From positions 1 to 55,488 of the IMG/VR virus record IMGVR_UViG_3300037586_002804: a stretch of 55,488 bases of DNA. One strand, written 5' to 3'. The notes under the pieces were generated by a model that worked only from the letters and a program-made list of their open reading frames with translations, had not been told where the DNA came from and searched no databases. Made by a program: the position numbers and the translations under genes. The stretch comes from a virus. Lineage: Duplodnaviria; Caudoviricetes. Shown here in pieces: positions 42,114-52,518 of the stretch (positions are counted from its first letter, which is position 1; each line of letters begins with the position of its first letter).

Positions 42114-45100
42114 TTATCCCACTCTTCTGAAATTATGTCGGATTGATCTCGATGAAAATCCCCAGGTTGGGTGATGATCAAGCTTTGCTATATATACCTT
42201 GTTAACATAGAGAATGTCGGTTCTTGAATTGACTCCCCAGCACTTGATTTTCGTCAAAGTTCCAGTATCGTCGATTGCTTCAACAATCCAATATTCTTTA
42301 TTGTTTTTCGTCTTTCTCGAAATGATCTTTCGGGGTATGAACCACGCAACCTTCAAGTCCTCGTCATACTCTCCAAGTGGAGGGACGAATCGAGATTCAA
42401 GTTTGTCTCGGATCTCCTGACTCATCACATCGCTCATCGGAAAGACACCCGTCAGATCAACAGAGTATTGAATCATCTGCTCGTCATCGAAATCGCCCTC
42501 GGGGAGATATGCTTCTATATTCTCCTGAAGGAACCTTTCTTTTCGGGGGCGATCCACCGCAACGGCACTCCAGAAATGCTTCAATCCGGTGAAGCGATCA
42601 TCAACGAGAGTATTCATTGCCCCTGATCGGATCAGGACATCGAGAGCCTTTTTGTTGAGCTTTGAATAAGTAATACCTTCATTGAATAGGAAATCTTCAA
42701 CCTTCTCGAATGGACGGTTGGCAAGAATCTGATCAATTGCTGCGTCCCCAAGTCCCTTAATTGCAGTTAGGGGCTGGATTAGGGTTTTGCCGTTCTCGCT
42801 AATCTCCCAGACTCGTCCGGAAGTGTTGATATCGAGTTTTCTAATTTCAAAGCCCGCTTTCTTGGCGAGCATGATTGCTTTCTCTTTTCGCTTCTCCGGC
42901 TCTTTCTGAAGAAAGGCTGCCATCCACTCAACGGGATAGTAATTGAACAACCAAGCGCACTGGTAAGAGATGAGACTATATGCGGTTGCGTGATTGAGCG
43001 AGAAGCCGTATGCTGCGAACGCCTCCATTTTGTCCCAGATTGAATTTGCCACGTTGACAGGAATGCCCTTCTCTTTTGCGCCGGCGATATACTTCTCGTG
43101 GATTGCATTCTTTGTCGCAACAGTTGAGCCTGTTCCCTTCTTTGTCAGGAGCTTTCGAAGCTTGTTGCCCTCTGTGAGAGAAATGTCCTTGCCGATCTTG
43201 TGGGCAATGTTTGCGATGTCCTCTTGAAAGATGATTAGTCCGTATGTCTTCTCCAAAACCTCTTTCAGAATCGGGTGCTCGTAAGTAACAAGCTGCGGGG
43301 CTCGCTTTGCCTCAACAAACTGTTTGTCCGTTCCCATTGACAATGGTCCGGGGCGGAAGAGAGATGTCACTGCTGATAGCTCTGTGAGATTATCGGGCTT
43401 TGCTTGTTCGCAGAAATTCCTCATTCCAGATTCGGCGAACTGGAATACTCCCGGTGTGCTGTCAATCTTGTGAAATACGTTATTCCAAACTTCCTTGTCG
43501 TTCAGATCAATAATGTCTGGATGAAGGTTTTCATCATAGTATTCATTGATATCCTCAATTGTCGGATTCTCGACTCCATGATGTCGCTTTAGAATATGGG
43601 ATACCGCTACCTGAATCATTGTCAATGTCGATAATCCAAGGATATCGAATTTGATAAAACCAAGTGGCTCCAGGTGACGAACATGTTGTCCCTCTGCCCA
43701 AGGAGTCTGCCAAGTCCCGCGAATCCTAATTAAGGGCATATGTTCATTTAGATTATCGGCGATCAGACAGCCTCCGGCGTGGCGGCTGTTTGCTCGGATA
43801 TTCCCATAGATTGCCTCAACATGAGTCTTGATGTGAGAGTGCTTGTCCAAAAACAAGCGGAGGGTAGGAGAATACTCCATTACCTCTTCGAAAGTTGGAA
43901 CATATACTCCAGCCTTGATTCCGTGAGCCTTTTTGGCTGCAGGAGTTGCCTCAATCATCATTTTGCCAGTTACTTCATTTACCTCTGTCCAGGGGATTTC
44001 ATAAAATTTCCCGATGTCCTTAATGAGCGACTTCAACTGAAGGGTATTCCAGTTTGAAATAGGGATTACAGTAAATTCTCCCCAGTCCTCTGCCAACTTT
44101 TCTTTGAGTAGTGCGGGTTCCGCTACATCGAAATCGATATCCGGCATGCCGTCCATATCTCTCGTCATAAAGCGCTCGAATGGCAAATCGAACCGAACGG
44201 GATCAACTTGAGTAATTCCAAGCACATAGGCGAGGAGACTTCCGCTTGCGCTGCCTCGGGCTGGACCGGTTGCCATCATCTCGTTTGCCTTATCTGCAAT
44301 GGCTTTCATTGTCAGGAAGTATTTCGAGAAGCCCTGAGTGCTAATGACATCAAGTTCGTATTTAAGTCGATTAACATACTTCTCAGAAGTCAAGCCCCTT
44401 GCTTTCAAGCCTTTGACGGCATTTTTCGCAAGGGCGCCGTCTGCCGTCTCACCTTCGGGAACAACAAAGTCTGGAAGCTGGATGGTAGTGTCTGGCTGGA
44501 AGTCTTCAATTTGTTCATGGGCGACTTGATGAGTGAGCGTTATCGACTCCATCACCAGGGCATCGTCATATTCCACGCCGCATTGTGCAGAATAGTTTTT
44601 GTAAGCGTCCCACATCTGTTGTCCATTTTTCGGATACAGTTCATATCCAATCTCTTCGACAGATTCCGGCATCTTTAATTTCTCTTCTGTAATCCACGAG
44701 GGAGTGCCCTTGGAAAGCCAGCCAAGGCGTTTATACATCTCCCTGTCTCGCCAAGCGTCTTGCCTGGGGTAGTGAGAATCTGCTGTAGAGATGATTCGGA
44801 CATTGTGACGAAGACATGCTTGGATGACATGTTTGTTAATCTCATGTTGCTCGGGAATGGAGTTCCACTGAAGTTCTCCGTAAAATCTGTCTCCGAAGAT
44901 GCCGACGAATTCTTGAATATACTCCGTCATTGCCAATTGGACGGCTTCGTCTCCCTCGTCTTTGTGCTGCCACCATAAGCCTGCGAGAGGACCAGACATG
45001 CAAGCAGTGGAGCAAATCACTCCTTCGCTGTATTTTCGGAGGAGGGCAAAGTCAACCCGAGGACGGCGATAGAAGTGCTTCTCATCGTGAGACTCCGAGA

Positions 45101-45548
45101 CAATACGATAGAGATTGTTCAGTCCTATTTGATTTTGGGCGAGGAGGATGAGATGTCGATAGCGTGGCAACTCGCCGACTGAAGAGTCTCCTGCTGAACC
45201 GTCTGTTTCGACAGCAGTTCCTGACTCTTTCGTCCTTAATTGTTTGGCGGCTTTCTTATCTTCCTTGAGTTGCTCATATTTCTCTCGCCAGTCAATAACG
45301 TCGGGAATGAAATAAGCTTCGACTCCAAGAATCGACTTAAACTTCTTCCCCTCGGCGTTCATTTTCTTCGCATTTAGAATCGCATAAGAGATTCCATTCA
45401 TCGTGCCGTGATCGGTTAGCGCGAGGGCATCCATGCCATTTTCGTAGGCGTATTCTTGATGTTCCTGTGGGTAGCCGAAGCCGTCGTGCGCTGAAAATGT
45501 GCTGTGGGCATGCAATCCCACAAATGGTATTTTATCTACTTTGTTCAC
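42114..45548 (-). CDS. dnaE: DNA polymerase III alpha subunit (family C)
   Basis: PHP LHAHS.FS..DG, LTDHG, GVEAY; GPARGS, FERF, PDIDFD, HAGG, KFDILGL, YGF...HA. Confidence 0.95.
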   Translation of the reverse strand: MNKVDKIPFVGLHAHSTFSAHDGFGYPQEHQEYAYENGMDALALTDHGTMNGISYAILNAKKMNAEGKKFKSILGVEAYFIPDVIDWREKYEQLKEDKKAAKQLRTKESGTAVETDGSAGDSSVGELPRYRHLILLAQNQIGLNNLYRIVSESHDEKHFYRRPRVDFALLRKYSEGVICSTACMSGPLAGLWWQHKDEGDEAVQLAMTEYIQEFVGIFGDRFYGELQWNSIPEQHEINKHVIQACLRHNVRIISTADSHYPRQDAWRDREMYKRLGWLSKGTPSWITEEKLKMPESVEEIGYELYPKNGQQMWDAYKNYSAQCGVEYDDALVMESITLTHQVAHEQIEDFQPDTTIQLPDFVVPEGETADGALAKNAVKGLKARGLTSEKYVNRLKYELDVISTQGFSKYFLTMKAIADKANEMMATGPARGSASGSLLAYVLGITQVDPVRFDLPFERFMTRDMDGMPDIDFDVAEPALLKEKLAEDWGEFTVIPISNWNTLQLKSLIKDIGKFYEIPWTEVNEVTGKMMIEATPAAKKAHGIKAGVYVPTFEEVMEYSPTLRLFLDKHSHIKTHVEAIYGNIRANSRHAGGCLIADNLNEHMPLIRIRGTWQTPWAEGQHVRHLEPLGFIKFDILGLSTLTMIQVAVSHILKRHHGVENPTIEDINEYYDENLHPDIIDLNDKEVWNNVFHKIDSTPGVFQFAESGMRNFCEQAKPDNLTELSAVTSLFRPGPLSMGTDKQFVEAKRAPQLVTYEHPILKEVLEKTYGLIIFQEDIANIAHKIGKDISLTEGNKLRKLLTKKGTGSTVATKNAIHEKYIAGAKEKGIPVNVANSIWDKMEAFAAYGFSLNHATAYSLISYQCAWLFNYYPVEWMAAFLQKEPEKRKEKAIMLAKKAGFEIRKLDINTSGRVWEISENGKTLIQPLTAIKGLGDAAIDQILANRPFEKVEDFLFNEGITYSKLNKKALDVLIRSGAMNTLVDDRFTGLKHFWSAVAVDRPRKERFLQENIEAYLPEGDFDDEQMIQYSVDLTGVFPMSDVMSQEIRDKLESRFVPPLGEYDEDLKVAWFIPRKIISRKTKNNKEYWIVEAIDDTGTLTKIKCWGVNSRTDILYVNKVYIAKLDHHPTWGFSSRSIRHNFRRVG

Positions 45549-45573
45549 TTATTCCCTCTCTCAATATTCATAC

Positions 45574-45612
45574 AATATAGCACAAACCCCAGCCCCTGTC
45601 AAGAGGCTGGGG
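45574..45612 (-). promoter_or_regulatory. dnaE promoter overlapped by an 8-bp inverted repeat
   Basis: TTGACA-N17-TATATT; CCCCAGCC/GGCTGGGG flanks the -35. Confidence 0.65.
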
Positions 45613-45620
45613 AGCTTATT

Positions 45621-45848
45621 CTATAGAGAGCGATCAAAAACAGAATCAATCTCTCGGACGACTTGGGTGCGAACACTGTTCTCAAGTTCAAGGACTTCAA
45701 TGACGCGCATGCGCATTTTGCCCAAGTTCTGCGCAAAGTTCGTCGTCTTCTGACGTTCTGTGTTTAATTGTTTCGTCAAAGTATCCACCTGCTCTTGTAA
45801 GTTATTTACATCACCAGTGCTACTCGTCTTCTTCCTCACCATACTCAA
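45621..45848 (-). CDS. Small coiled-coil protein
   Basis: Heptad pattern. Confidence 0.6.
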   Translation of the reverse strand: MSMVRKKTSSTGDVNNLQEQVDTLTKQLNTERQKTTNFAQNLGKMRMRVIEVLELENSVRTQVVREIDSVFDRSL

Positions 45849-46764
45849 CTCCTACACCGTTCCATTCACGGTAGTTCATTATGCCCTTATATGGGCGGGT
45901 TACTGTCTTTGACTCTTCGGATGCAAAATAGTCAGAATATCCTTCCCAAGTGGAAATATTATGAAACCACTCTACTTCTTTCACATTCTCTCCCTCTATT
46001 ATAACAGGTTCAAACACTTTGTCAAGGGAAAAATGCTTTGCTGACCATCTTTCTTCAAATGGAAGTATATCAAAATTGCCAGAAAGTATATCTTCCGAAG
46101 TGTAATCCATACCAGGGACGGTTGTGCCTGTTCCTGTCCTTATTATGCGGCGGCATTTGACAAAATCGGACGGTCCAAAAGTAAAACTCAAATACTCGCC
46201 GTCTTTCACCGTCTTTCCATCATAGCTCAGAAAGAAATTATCGGAACTTGAGATTAGCTGTCGATGGGGGCGGAAAACATTCTCCGGAGACACAGAAAGA
46301 GGGAAAGAGACAAAATACTTATCTGGAGTCACCCATCTACTCATTTGGAGATTTATCCAATAAGCAGTGTTCGCTCCATGCAACACGCTCCAAGCATAGC
46401 AGTCAACCTTTTCCCTATCTTTCGGATGAATCGGCACATAATGTATTGGAATTGGCTTACGCTCTTCTGCTGGATATGGTGAGAGAACCCTACCGTGCCA
46501 AATGGGATCTTGAACATATGATCCCACTCTGTGGCGAATGAGGGGCTGAATGTCGGTATTACACACTATCCAAATGGTATCGCATCCAGCATAAGCACAC
46601 TCCATTATCGAATGTTCGATGGCGGTGTATCCCTCTGCGATGGGCATAAGGACATTATCCCATTGGAATCCGAAATCATGCTTGTGTCCTGCTACAGGAA
46701 TTATTCCTGCGAGATGGAATCTTCCCCATTGCTGCCCTCTTAGCGGTGTTGGTTTTCCTTCCAC
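45820..46764 (-). CDS. Nucleotidyltransferase-like (GT-A/NTP transferase fold) protein
   Basis: AGIIPVAG...LMPI....AIE.SI.ECA.AGC..IWIV. Confidence 0.65.
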   Translation of the reverse strand: MEGKPTPLRGQQWGRFHLAGIIPVAGHKHDFGFQWDNVLMPIAEGYTAIEHSIMECAYAGCDTIWIVCNTDIQPLIRHRVGSYVQDPIWHGRVLSPYPAEERKPIPIHYVPIHPKDREKVDCYAWSVLHGANTAYWINLQMSRWVTPDKYFVSFPLSVSPENVFRPHRQLISSSDNFFLSYDGKTVKDGEYLSFTFGPSDFVKCRRIIRTGTGTTVPGMDYTSEDILSGNFDILPFEERWSAKHFSLDKVFEPVIIEGENVKEVEWFHNISTWEGYSDYFASEESKTVTRPYKGIMNYREWNGVGVEYGEEEDE

Positions 46765-47681
46765 TACTTTATCCTCATCATGCTCATCAGCTTAGAATTA
46801 TAAGAATTCGTATTCAATTGATGATTCAAAATTATCTCTTCTGGAGATTCATATGAAAACTTAATTTTCTCGGTATCTGTATATCTTCCCATAGGGAGGG
46901 GCATTATTTCTCGTTCGGAGAATTCAATTCTTGGAGAAAGCCACTTAAACGGCTCTGCGGACTTTTCAGGATAATTGGGATTTTTACCATTTTTCATTCC
47001 TCGGATTCCGAAGGATTTCAGCAACTTAAGAATCTTAAATCTCGCATATGTATCTGAATAGTGATATTCCTGAACTGCATCTTGTGCTGGAAGATATGAA
47101 ATTACTGCCAAGTCTTTTGAGGCGGCAACAACATCCGGGCGGACGGATGAATATACAAATATACGATTAACGAAATTGTCCCCTGTTTCAATATAGTCAT
47201 ACTCTCTCAACCCAACGCAGAACTTAACATCAAACCAATCTAAAACTGTGGTTATCCTATTTTCATCATTTTCGGTTACCGACGGGAGTCCATAGACATC
47301 TTTATCATCAAATACTATCAATTCTTCATATTTGACTCGAAATGTCCCAGTTCCGGTGGAAATGCGCAATTCATCATCCTCAATGCGAATAGATTTGGCT
47401 AAATGAGAGAAAGGAACAAGTCCCGAAAGAGAAAGAAATGCTAACAGTTTGTCATTTACTTCTTGCTTTGACGTTCCGAACATTACATTTCCTCCGTCCA
47501 CCTTCTTCAAAGCATATCGTAGAGGATTCTCGTCCACAAGGCTCAAATCAACATCGATATCGTAAAAGTCAAACGGATGAGTCTGAACACTCTCAGCGAA
47601 TATGATGGGAGTGCCTGTTAAAAACGAATATAAGACAGAACTGAACGTTCCTCCTATTACTATTTTTTCATAACTCTTCAT
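46764..47681 (-). CDS. Hypothetical protein (degenerate Rossmann-like N-terminus)
   Basis: KIVIGG; operonic. Confidence 0.6.
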   Translation of the reverse strand: MKSYEKIVIGGTFSSVLYSFLTGTPIIFAESVQTHPFDFYDIDVDLSLVDENPLRYALKKVDGGNVMFGTSKQEVNDKLLAFLSLSGLVPFSHLAKSIRIEDDELRISTGTGTFRVKYEELIVFDDKDVYGLPSVTENDENRITTVLDWFDVKFCVGLREYDYIETGDNFVNRIFVYSSVRPDVVAASKDLAVISYLPAQDAVQEYHYSDTYARFKILKLLKSFGIRGMKNGKNPNYPEKSAEPFKWLSPRIEFSEREIMPLPMGRYTDTEKIKFSYESPEEIILNHQLNTNSYNSKLMSMMRIK

Positions 47682-48123
47682 CTTCTTTTGGTACTGCGGC
47701 TGTTAACTCACTGCTGGACTGAATCTTTCCTCCTCCAACTCCCCACAGCATCTTAATTCCCAATTCTTCACATATCTTCATTTCCGGAGTGTTGTCTGTC
47801 GTTCTATCGCCACCATTGGCGAAAAAGTCTGGCTTATATTTTCGGAGACTATCGCATACAGTCCCATCTGAATCGTCTGCCTTAACTACGATATGGACAC
47901 CCTTGATATAGGAGACAATCTCCCGGCGTTCCTCGAATGGCATAAATGCGAAACCCTTTTTGCGTTTGAGCCATTCATCTGAATTTAGAACGACAACTAG
48001 ATTACCATATTTTGCCGCTTCCTGTAGCAGCCTGCAGTGTCCGACATGGATAGGATCCATTCCTCCGGAGACTAATACTGTTTTTGATTTTGCATCAAAC
48101 AAGTTATAATGATGTGCCATCAA
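47668..48123 (-). CDS. Cytidylyltransferase/adenylyltransferase family (HxGH)
   Basis: VSGGMDPIHVGH, NSD.WL.RKKG, ER, NGGDR, K.QSSS. Confidence 0.88.
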   Translation of the reverse strand: MMAHHYNLFDAKSKTVLVSGGMDPIHVGHCRLLQEAAKYGNLVVVLNSDEWLKRKKGFAFMPFEERREIVSYIKGVHIVVKADDSDGTVCDSLRKYKPDFFANGGDRTTDNTPEMKICEELGIKMLWGVGGGKIQSSSELTAAVPKEDEEL

Positions 48124-48407
48124 GTATTATCTCCAATTTCTGCGATAACATAGTTTGCTAAAATCAGATAATTTGTCTCTCCATCATATTCGACTTCTTC
48201 AATCATGCTGCGATCAACTAAAATGCGATCTCCCGCAAGGACATCAAGATTACAGTCTGAAGATACATTTACGACAGATGCCGCGCAGTAGCGACTCTCT
48301 ACCTTGGAATAGTCTTCTGGCAATAGGATTGTCGAATCTCGTTGTTTGTTTTGGCGTTCAATATATTCTGGCAATATTGACAAATGTCGGTTTCGGGGAT
48401 AAAGCAT
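48120..48407 (-). CDS. GroES-like co-chaperonin
   Basis: LYPRNRHL.I...ILLPE...GDRIL...EVEYDG..YLI....VIA. Confidence 0.65.
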   Translation of the reverse strand: MLYPRNRHLSILPEYIERQNKQRDSTILLPEDYSKVESRYCAASVVNVSSDCNLDVLAGDRILVDRSMIEEVEYDGETNYLILANYVIAEIGDNT

Positions 48408-48647
48408 TTATTCTCCTGTGTTTGAATATTTGGTTAGGGTGTTCTTGTGCATACCGTATGATTTCTTGTTCAAAAACTCGGTAGCCCTATTATAGCAGTG
48501 TTTGCAGTAAAAATCAACACGAAAATCCCCAGAAGGCGTCGCTTCCATTGTTCCCGTTGGTAGCCAATAGTGCCCTTCTCCAGAGCAGCGCGACTTGGCA
48601 TTGATTCGAGATACAAGGTGATTAAAGTTCATCATAATTCTCCACAA
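48408..48647 (-). CDS. Small Zn-binding protein
   Basis: C...H...CKHC. Confidence 0.55.
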   Translation of the reverse strand: MWRIMMNFNHLVSRINAKSRCSGEGHYWLPTGTMEATPSGDFRVDFYCKHCYNRATEFLNKKSYGMHKNTLTKYSNTGE

Positions 48648-51056
48648 CTATCCGCAAGCTGCAAATCCGCAAGAGCACGTTCTGCAACCTTCGATGTAGA
48701 CGAAACCGCTTGTTTGCCCACAAGAGGGACATTTGGCTCCGCCCGTTTTTGTTCCATCCTTGATGTATCCCTTTAAAACTCGCGCAACACATTTAGCGAA
48801 AGTGAACATATCACTATCTCTGTCCTTTTGCATCTGCTCAACAACATATTGGATATCAGCACCGTGCCGGAGCGAAAGAGAAATAAGTCGAGTGAATGCT
48901 GAATTGTTCGGATTATCGAACACTTTGACGATATCCTTAACGCGCATTGAATTTCCGCTTGTTCCGACTTTGAAATCATAGACTGAATTCATTGTCTTTC
49001 GAGGATGCTTGATTAAGATACCCTTGGTATGTGTTGAGGGGATCTCAATAAGATTTGATAATCCGCCCATTACTTCGTATGGCTTGCCATTTAACAATCC
49101 CACTAAGATTATCCATTTTTCACCCTGAATTGTCGTATGATGAATGTTGCAAGGAAGCTCTTCTGGACGTTTCGCTGCTGTATGCTGCGGAAAAGAGCCC
49201 TCCTGCCTATCCGTGACTAAGACACCTGTTCTCGATCCATCTACATAAACCGTAATTCCTTTTAGTCCCATTTTCCAGCCAGAGACATAAATCTCACTCA
49301 CAACATCAGATGAAGTTCCCTTCGGAAGATTAATCGTGCTTGAGATTGAATGATCAATATGCTTTTGAATTGCTGACTGGATGCGAACTCGATTCTTCCA
49401 ATCGATACTATCAGATTCGACAAAAAAGTCAGGAATTTCATCGGTTTGCATCAGTTCGAGATATTGTTTCAAATTGTGATGAAACACTTCATATTCGACC
49501 CACCTGTCTCCAAGGTCATCAGTAAAGTCAGGGTTGATGTGATTTTCATTATGAGACAATTTTCGACGGCGGATATATGAATTTCGAAAAACAGGTTCGA
49601 TGCCAGAACTGGTTTGAGACAAAATAGAAACTGATCCAGTTGGAGCATTCGTGAGAATCGAAATGTTTCGCCGTCCGTGCTTTGAAATAAGAAGCTGAAG
49701 CTCTCTCGGGAGAGACTGAATGTAGCCGTTCTCCCTCTCAGTCTCCCAATCAAAGACAGGGAAAGCTCCGCGTTGCTCAGATAAATGAACGCTTTCAGTA
49801 TATGCTGAAATCTTAAGTGTTTCGTATATCTTATCGATTATCGATATGGCTTCTTCAGAATCGTAGGCGAGATTCAAACAAGCAATTACATCTGCCAAGC
49901 CGTGGGTGCCGAGTCCGGTTCGGCGACCATTGACACATGCATCTTTCAATTTGTTCCACAGTTCCCGCTCATCATCAGTATCGCAGGCGCTCAAGATGTT
50001 AGCAAGTTTTTCAATCTCAAGCTCAACGAGATCGTCCGATAAGCGCATGGCGGCTGCTGCAACTTCGCTAAAATGTTTAAAATCGAAGTGAGGATTTTGC
50101 CCAAAAGAATCCTTTACGAAGTTCTTAAGATTGATAGAAATTAGACGACAACTATCATAGGCAGATAAGGGTATTTCTCCGCAAGGATTTGTCGTAAGTG
50201 TTTGAAATCCTTGATTTTTATAGGATTCTGCTGGAAGGTTGTTTGTAATATTGTCCCACATCAAAATACCAGGCTCTGCTGTCTTTGTAGCGGAGTCAAC
50301 GATATTGTCCCACAACTCCTTAGCGCGAATCGTCTTGCTAAAGACGGGAGAGTCGGAATCGACAGGAAACTGAAGAGTGAAGTCATCGCCAGATTCGACA
50401 GCCTCCATGAAGTCATCTGAAATCTTAACGGAAACATTTGCCCCTGTGACTTTGGACATATCATGCTTCATTGTGACGAACTTCTCAATGTCAGGATGTC
50501 GCACATCCATCGAAATCATTAAAGCTCCTCTGCGACCATTTTGCCCAATCATCCGACAGACATATGAATAGAAATCTGCAAAACTCCAAGCACCTGTTGT
50601 TGTTCCTGCCGAGTTGTTAACGAGAGCACCTTCGGGGCGGAGATTGCTGATATCTATGCCAACTCCACATCTCCTCTTAAATAGATTTGCCAAACACTTT
50701 CCAGAGTCAATAATGGAAGATACGTTGTCTGCTGGGGAGTCCACTACGACGCAATTTGATAGAGAAATCTTGACGTAATTGTTGCCGATTCCCATCATGG
50801 GTGAACCTTGCGGAACAATGAATTTGAAATCTCTTAGGAGTTCATAGATATCGCTCTCAGAAAGAGCATCAGTTCCTCCGAATTGCGACTCAATTCTGGC
50901 AAATTCAGAAGCGAGACGACGGTGCATGTCGTCGGGAGTATGCTCTAAAATGTTCCCTGCAGTGTCCTTTAGAGCATACTTCGTTAACCAGACATTTGTC
51001 GCCAGTTCATCGCCTTCAAAATATGATATCGTTTGTTCTTGCGGCTCGTAACTCAT
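48648..51056 (-). CDS. nrdJ: Class II (adenosylcobalamin-dependent) ribonucleotide reductase
   Basis: SLSNC, RRGA.M....HPDI, NVSV, TNPCGE, GLG..G, APTGS.S, SGIEP, ISSTINLP, KGITVY; C-terminal Zn ribbon. Confidence 0.92.
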   Translation of the reverse strand: MSYEPQEQTISYFEGDELATNVWLTKYALKDTAGNILEHTPDDMHRRLASEFARIESQFGGTDALSESDIYELLRDFKFIVPQGSPMMGIGNNYVKISLSNCVVVDSPADNVSSIIDSGKCLANLFKRRCGVGIDISNLRPEGALVNNSAGTTTGAWSFADFYSYVCRMIGQNGRRGALMISMDVRHPDIEKFVTMKHDMSKVTGANVSVKISDDFMEAVESGDDFTLQFPVDSDSPVFSKTIRAKELWDNIVDSATKTAEPGILMWDNITNNLPAESYKNQGFQTLTTNPCGEIPLSAYDSCRLISINLKNFVKDSFGQNPHFDFKHFSEVAAAAMRLSDDLVELEIEKLANILSACDTDDERELWNKLKDACVNGRRTGLGTHGLADVIACLNLAYDSEEAISIIDKIYETLKISAYTESVHLSEQRGAFPVFDWETERENGYIQSLPRELQLLISKHGRRNISILTNAPTGSVSILSQTSSGIEPVFRNSYIRRRKLSHNENHINPDFTDDLGDRWVEYEVFHHNLKQYLELMQTDEIPDFFVESDSIDWKNRVRIQSAIQKHIDHSISSTINLPKGTSSDVVSEIYVSGWKMGLKGITVYVDGSRTGVLVTDRQEGSFPQHTAAKRPEELPCNIHHTTIQGEKWIILVGLLNGKPYEVMGGLSNLIEIPSTHTKGILIKHPRKTMNSVYDFKVGTSGNSMRVKDIVKVFDNPNNSAFTRLISLSLRHGADIQYVVEQMQKDRDSDMFTFAKCVARVLKGYIKDGTKTGGAKCPSCGQTSGFVYIEGCRTCSCGFAACG

Positions 51057-52420
51057 TTATTACCCTCCTTGTATGCTTTATATTTGTCTCTTAGATTCTC
51101 AGCTTGTTTTTTGGCGGTTAAAGCCTGGACTTCCCCAATTGTTTCTCCATTCGGAGGAAATACTTCCATTTTCGCTCTCGCCAAGTCAATCTTTGCTGGC
51201 AAAATAACTCCGTCCTCTCCGAATCTGTTCTTGGCAATGAAGAAACGTCCTGTTCCATTTTGCCTATCGTCAATTGTCCTCGATATAGTAAATATCAAGT
51301 CGGCGACAAAACATTTGTTAAATGCTTCTGAAATTGCTTCCATCGTAATGATTTCGGAATTTAGTCCTCCTCGATTTGTCTGAGAGACAGTGTATAGTGG
51401 GCACTTGAACTCCTGTGCGATGCCTCGAATCTCTTCGTAAATGTTTTCCAAGTCGTGTCGCTTTTCTCTCGTCTCTCGCACTGGACGGAGCAAATCTGCA
51501 TAGTCGAGAAGAATCATGCCGACATCAATACCTTGCTTCCTCAACTGCTCAAGGTGATTTGTAATAGTTTTCGTTGATGCCGACTTGGTTGGATATTCCT
51601 TGACTATTAGTTTACCTGGAATGTCCTGAATCTTGTCGTAAATCATCTCTTTGAACTGCCTGTGTTCTCCGAGGTGGACTCCCGTTAGGCAACTATCATA
51701 TCGGGTTGCTATAACTGTGTCCGAGAGTTCCAAAGTGTAGTGAACGACGGTTTTGCCTGCTTTGAGTGCTTGTGCGCCGAGATGAACCAGTGCGAATGAC
51801 TTTCCTGCGCCTGTTGAGGCGATGCCTACGCCCAACTCTCCGTTTCCGAGCCCCCCTTGCACCAGAGAGTCAATCGGCTCCCAGCCTGTCGAAACAACGT
51901 CTCTTGCCTTGAATTCAAAGCGTCGTTCAAAGTCTGCAATATAATCATATCCAAAATTGTTCTCATTTCCAAGACTCAAGGCATCATTGATGATTTTTGA
52001 AATCTCATCGAAAGATGATGTCCTAAGGAGAGATACAGACTCGATCATTGCTGTTTTTAGAACTTGTTTTCTGCAAAAGTCAAGCGCAGTGCTTTTGATA
52101 TATTCTGCGTCTTCTGTCTCCGTATGATGAATTCTCGCAAAGAAATCCCTTGTTTGTTTCTGAACTGCCGGTGGCTCATCCTCAAGCTCAGTCCTGAGAA
52201 GTGTCGTCATAATCTTTTCAGATGGATGGACTTCGTATTTTTCCTTATATTCAAACACTCTATCTACAAATGTTTGAAGATATTTTAACTCAAAATACTC
52301 TGTCTTCAGAACTTCAGATATTCTGTCCGCAAATGCCCTGTCTTCGAAAATAAGGGATGCGAGAGATTCTTGAAACGATTTTCCATAGCGACTGAAGCTT
52401 GTTTTTTCTTGCGGGCTCAA
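51053..52420 (-). CDS. Replicative DNA helicase (DnaB / T4 gp41-like)
   Basis: ASTGAGKS, YTLE, KEYPT, DYADLL, SQTNR, KNRFG; TTG start after promoter at 52459-52487. Confidence 0.9.
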   Translation of the reverse strand: MSPQEKTSFSRYGKSFQESLASLIFEDRAFADRISEVLKTEYFELKYLQTFVDRVFEYKEKYEVHPSEKIMTTLLRTELEDEPPAVQKQTRDFFARIHHTETEDAEYIKSTALDFCRKQVLKTAMIESVSLLRTSSFDEISKIINDALSLGNENNFGYDYIADFERRFEFKARDVVSTGWEPIDSLVQGGLGNGELGVGIASTGAGKSFALVHLGAQALKAGKTVVHYTLELSDTVIATRYDSCLTGVHLGEHRQFKEMIYDKIQDIPGKLIVKEYPTKSASTKTITNHLEQLRKQGIDVGMILLDYADLLRPVRETREKRHDLENIYEEIRGIAQEFKCPLYTVSQTNRGGLNSEIITMEAISEAFNKCFVADLIFTISRTIDDRQNGTGRFFIAKNRFGEDGVILPAKIDLARAKMEVFPPNGETIGEVQALTAKKQAENLRDKYKAYKEGNK

Positions 52421-52518
52421 ATATGCACCATTCTTTGTCTCTGAGAAGAAGATACTATAATATAACATATAGTGCATCTTTCGTCAAAGTATTTCTGAAA
52501 GTTTTTTACTTATTTTGG

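Noticed and set aside
42114-52420. Inteins or introns in dnaE, nrdJ or the helicase
   Set aside because: Protein lengths are normal, and no splice-junction or LAGLIDADG motifs were seen.
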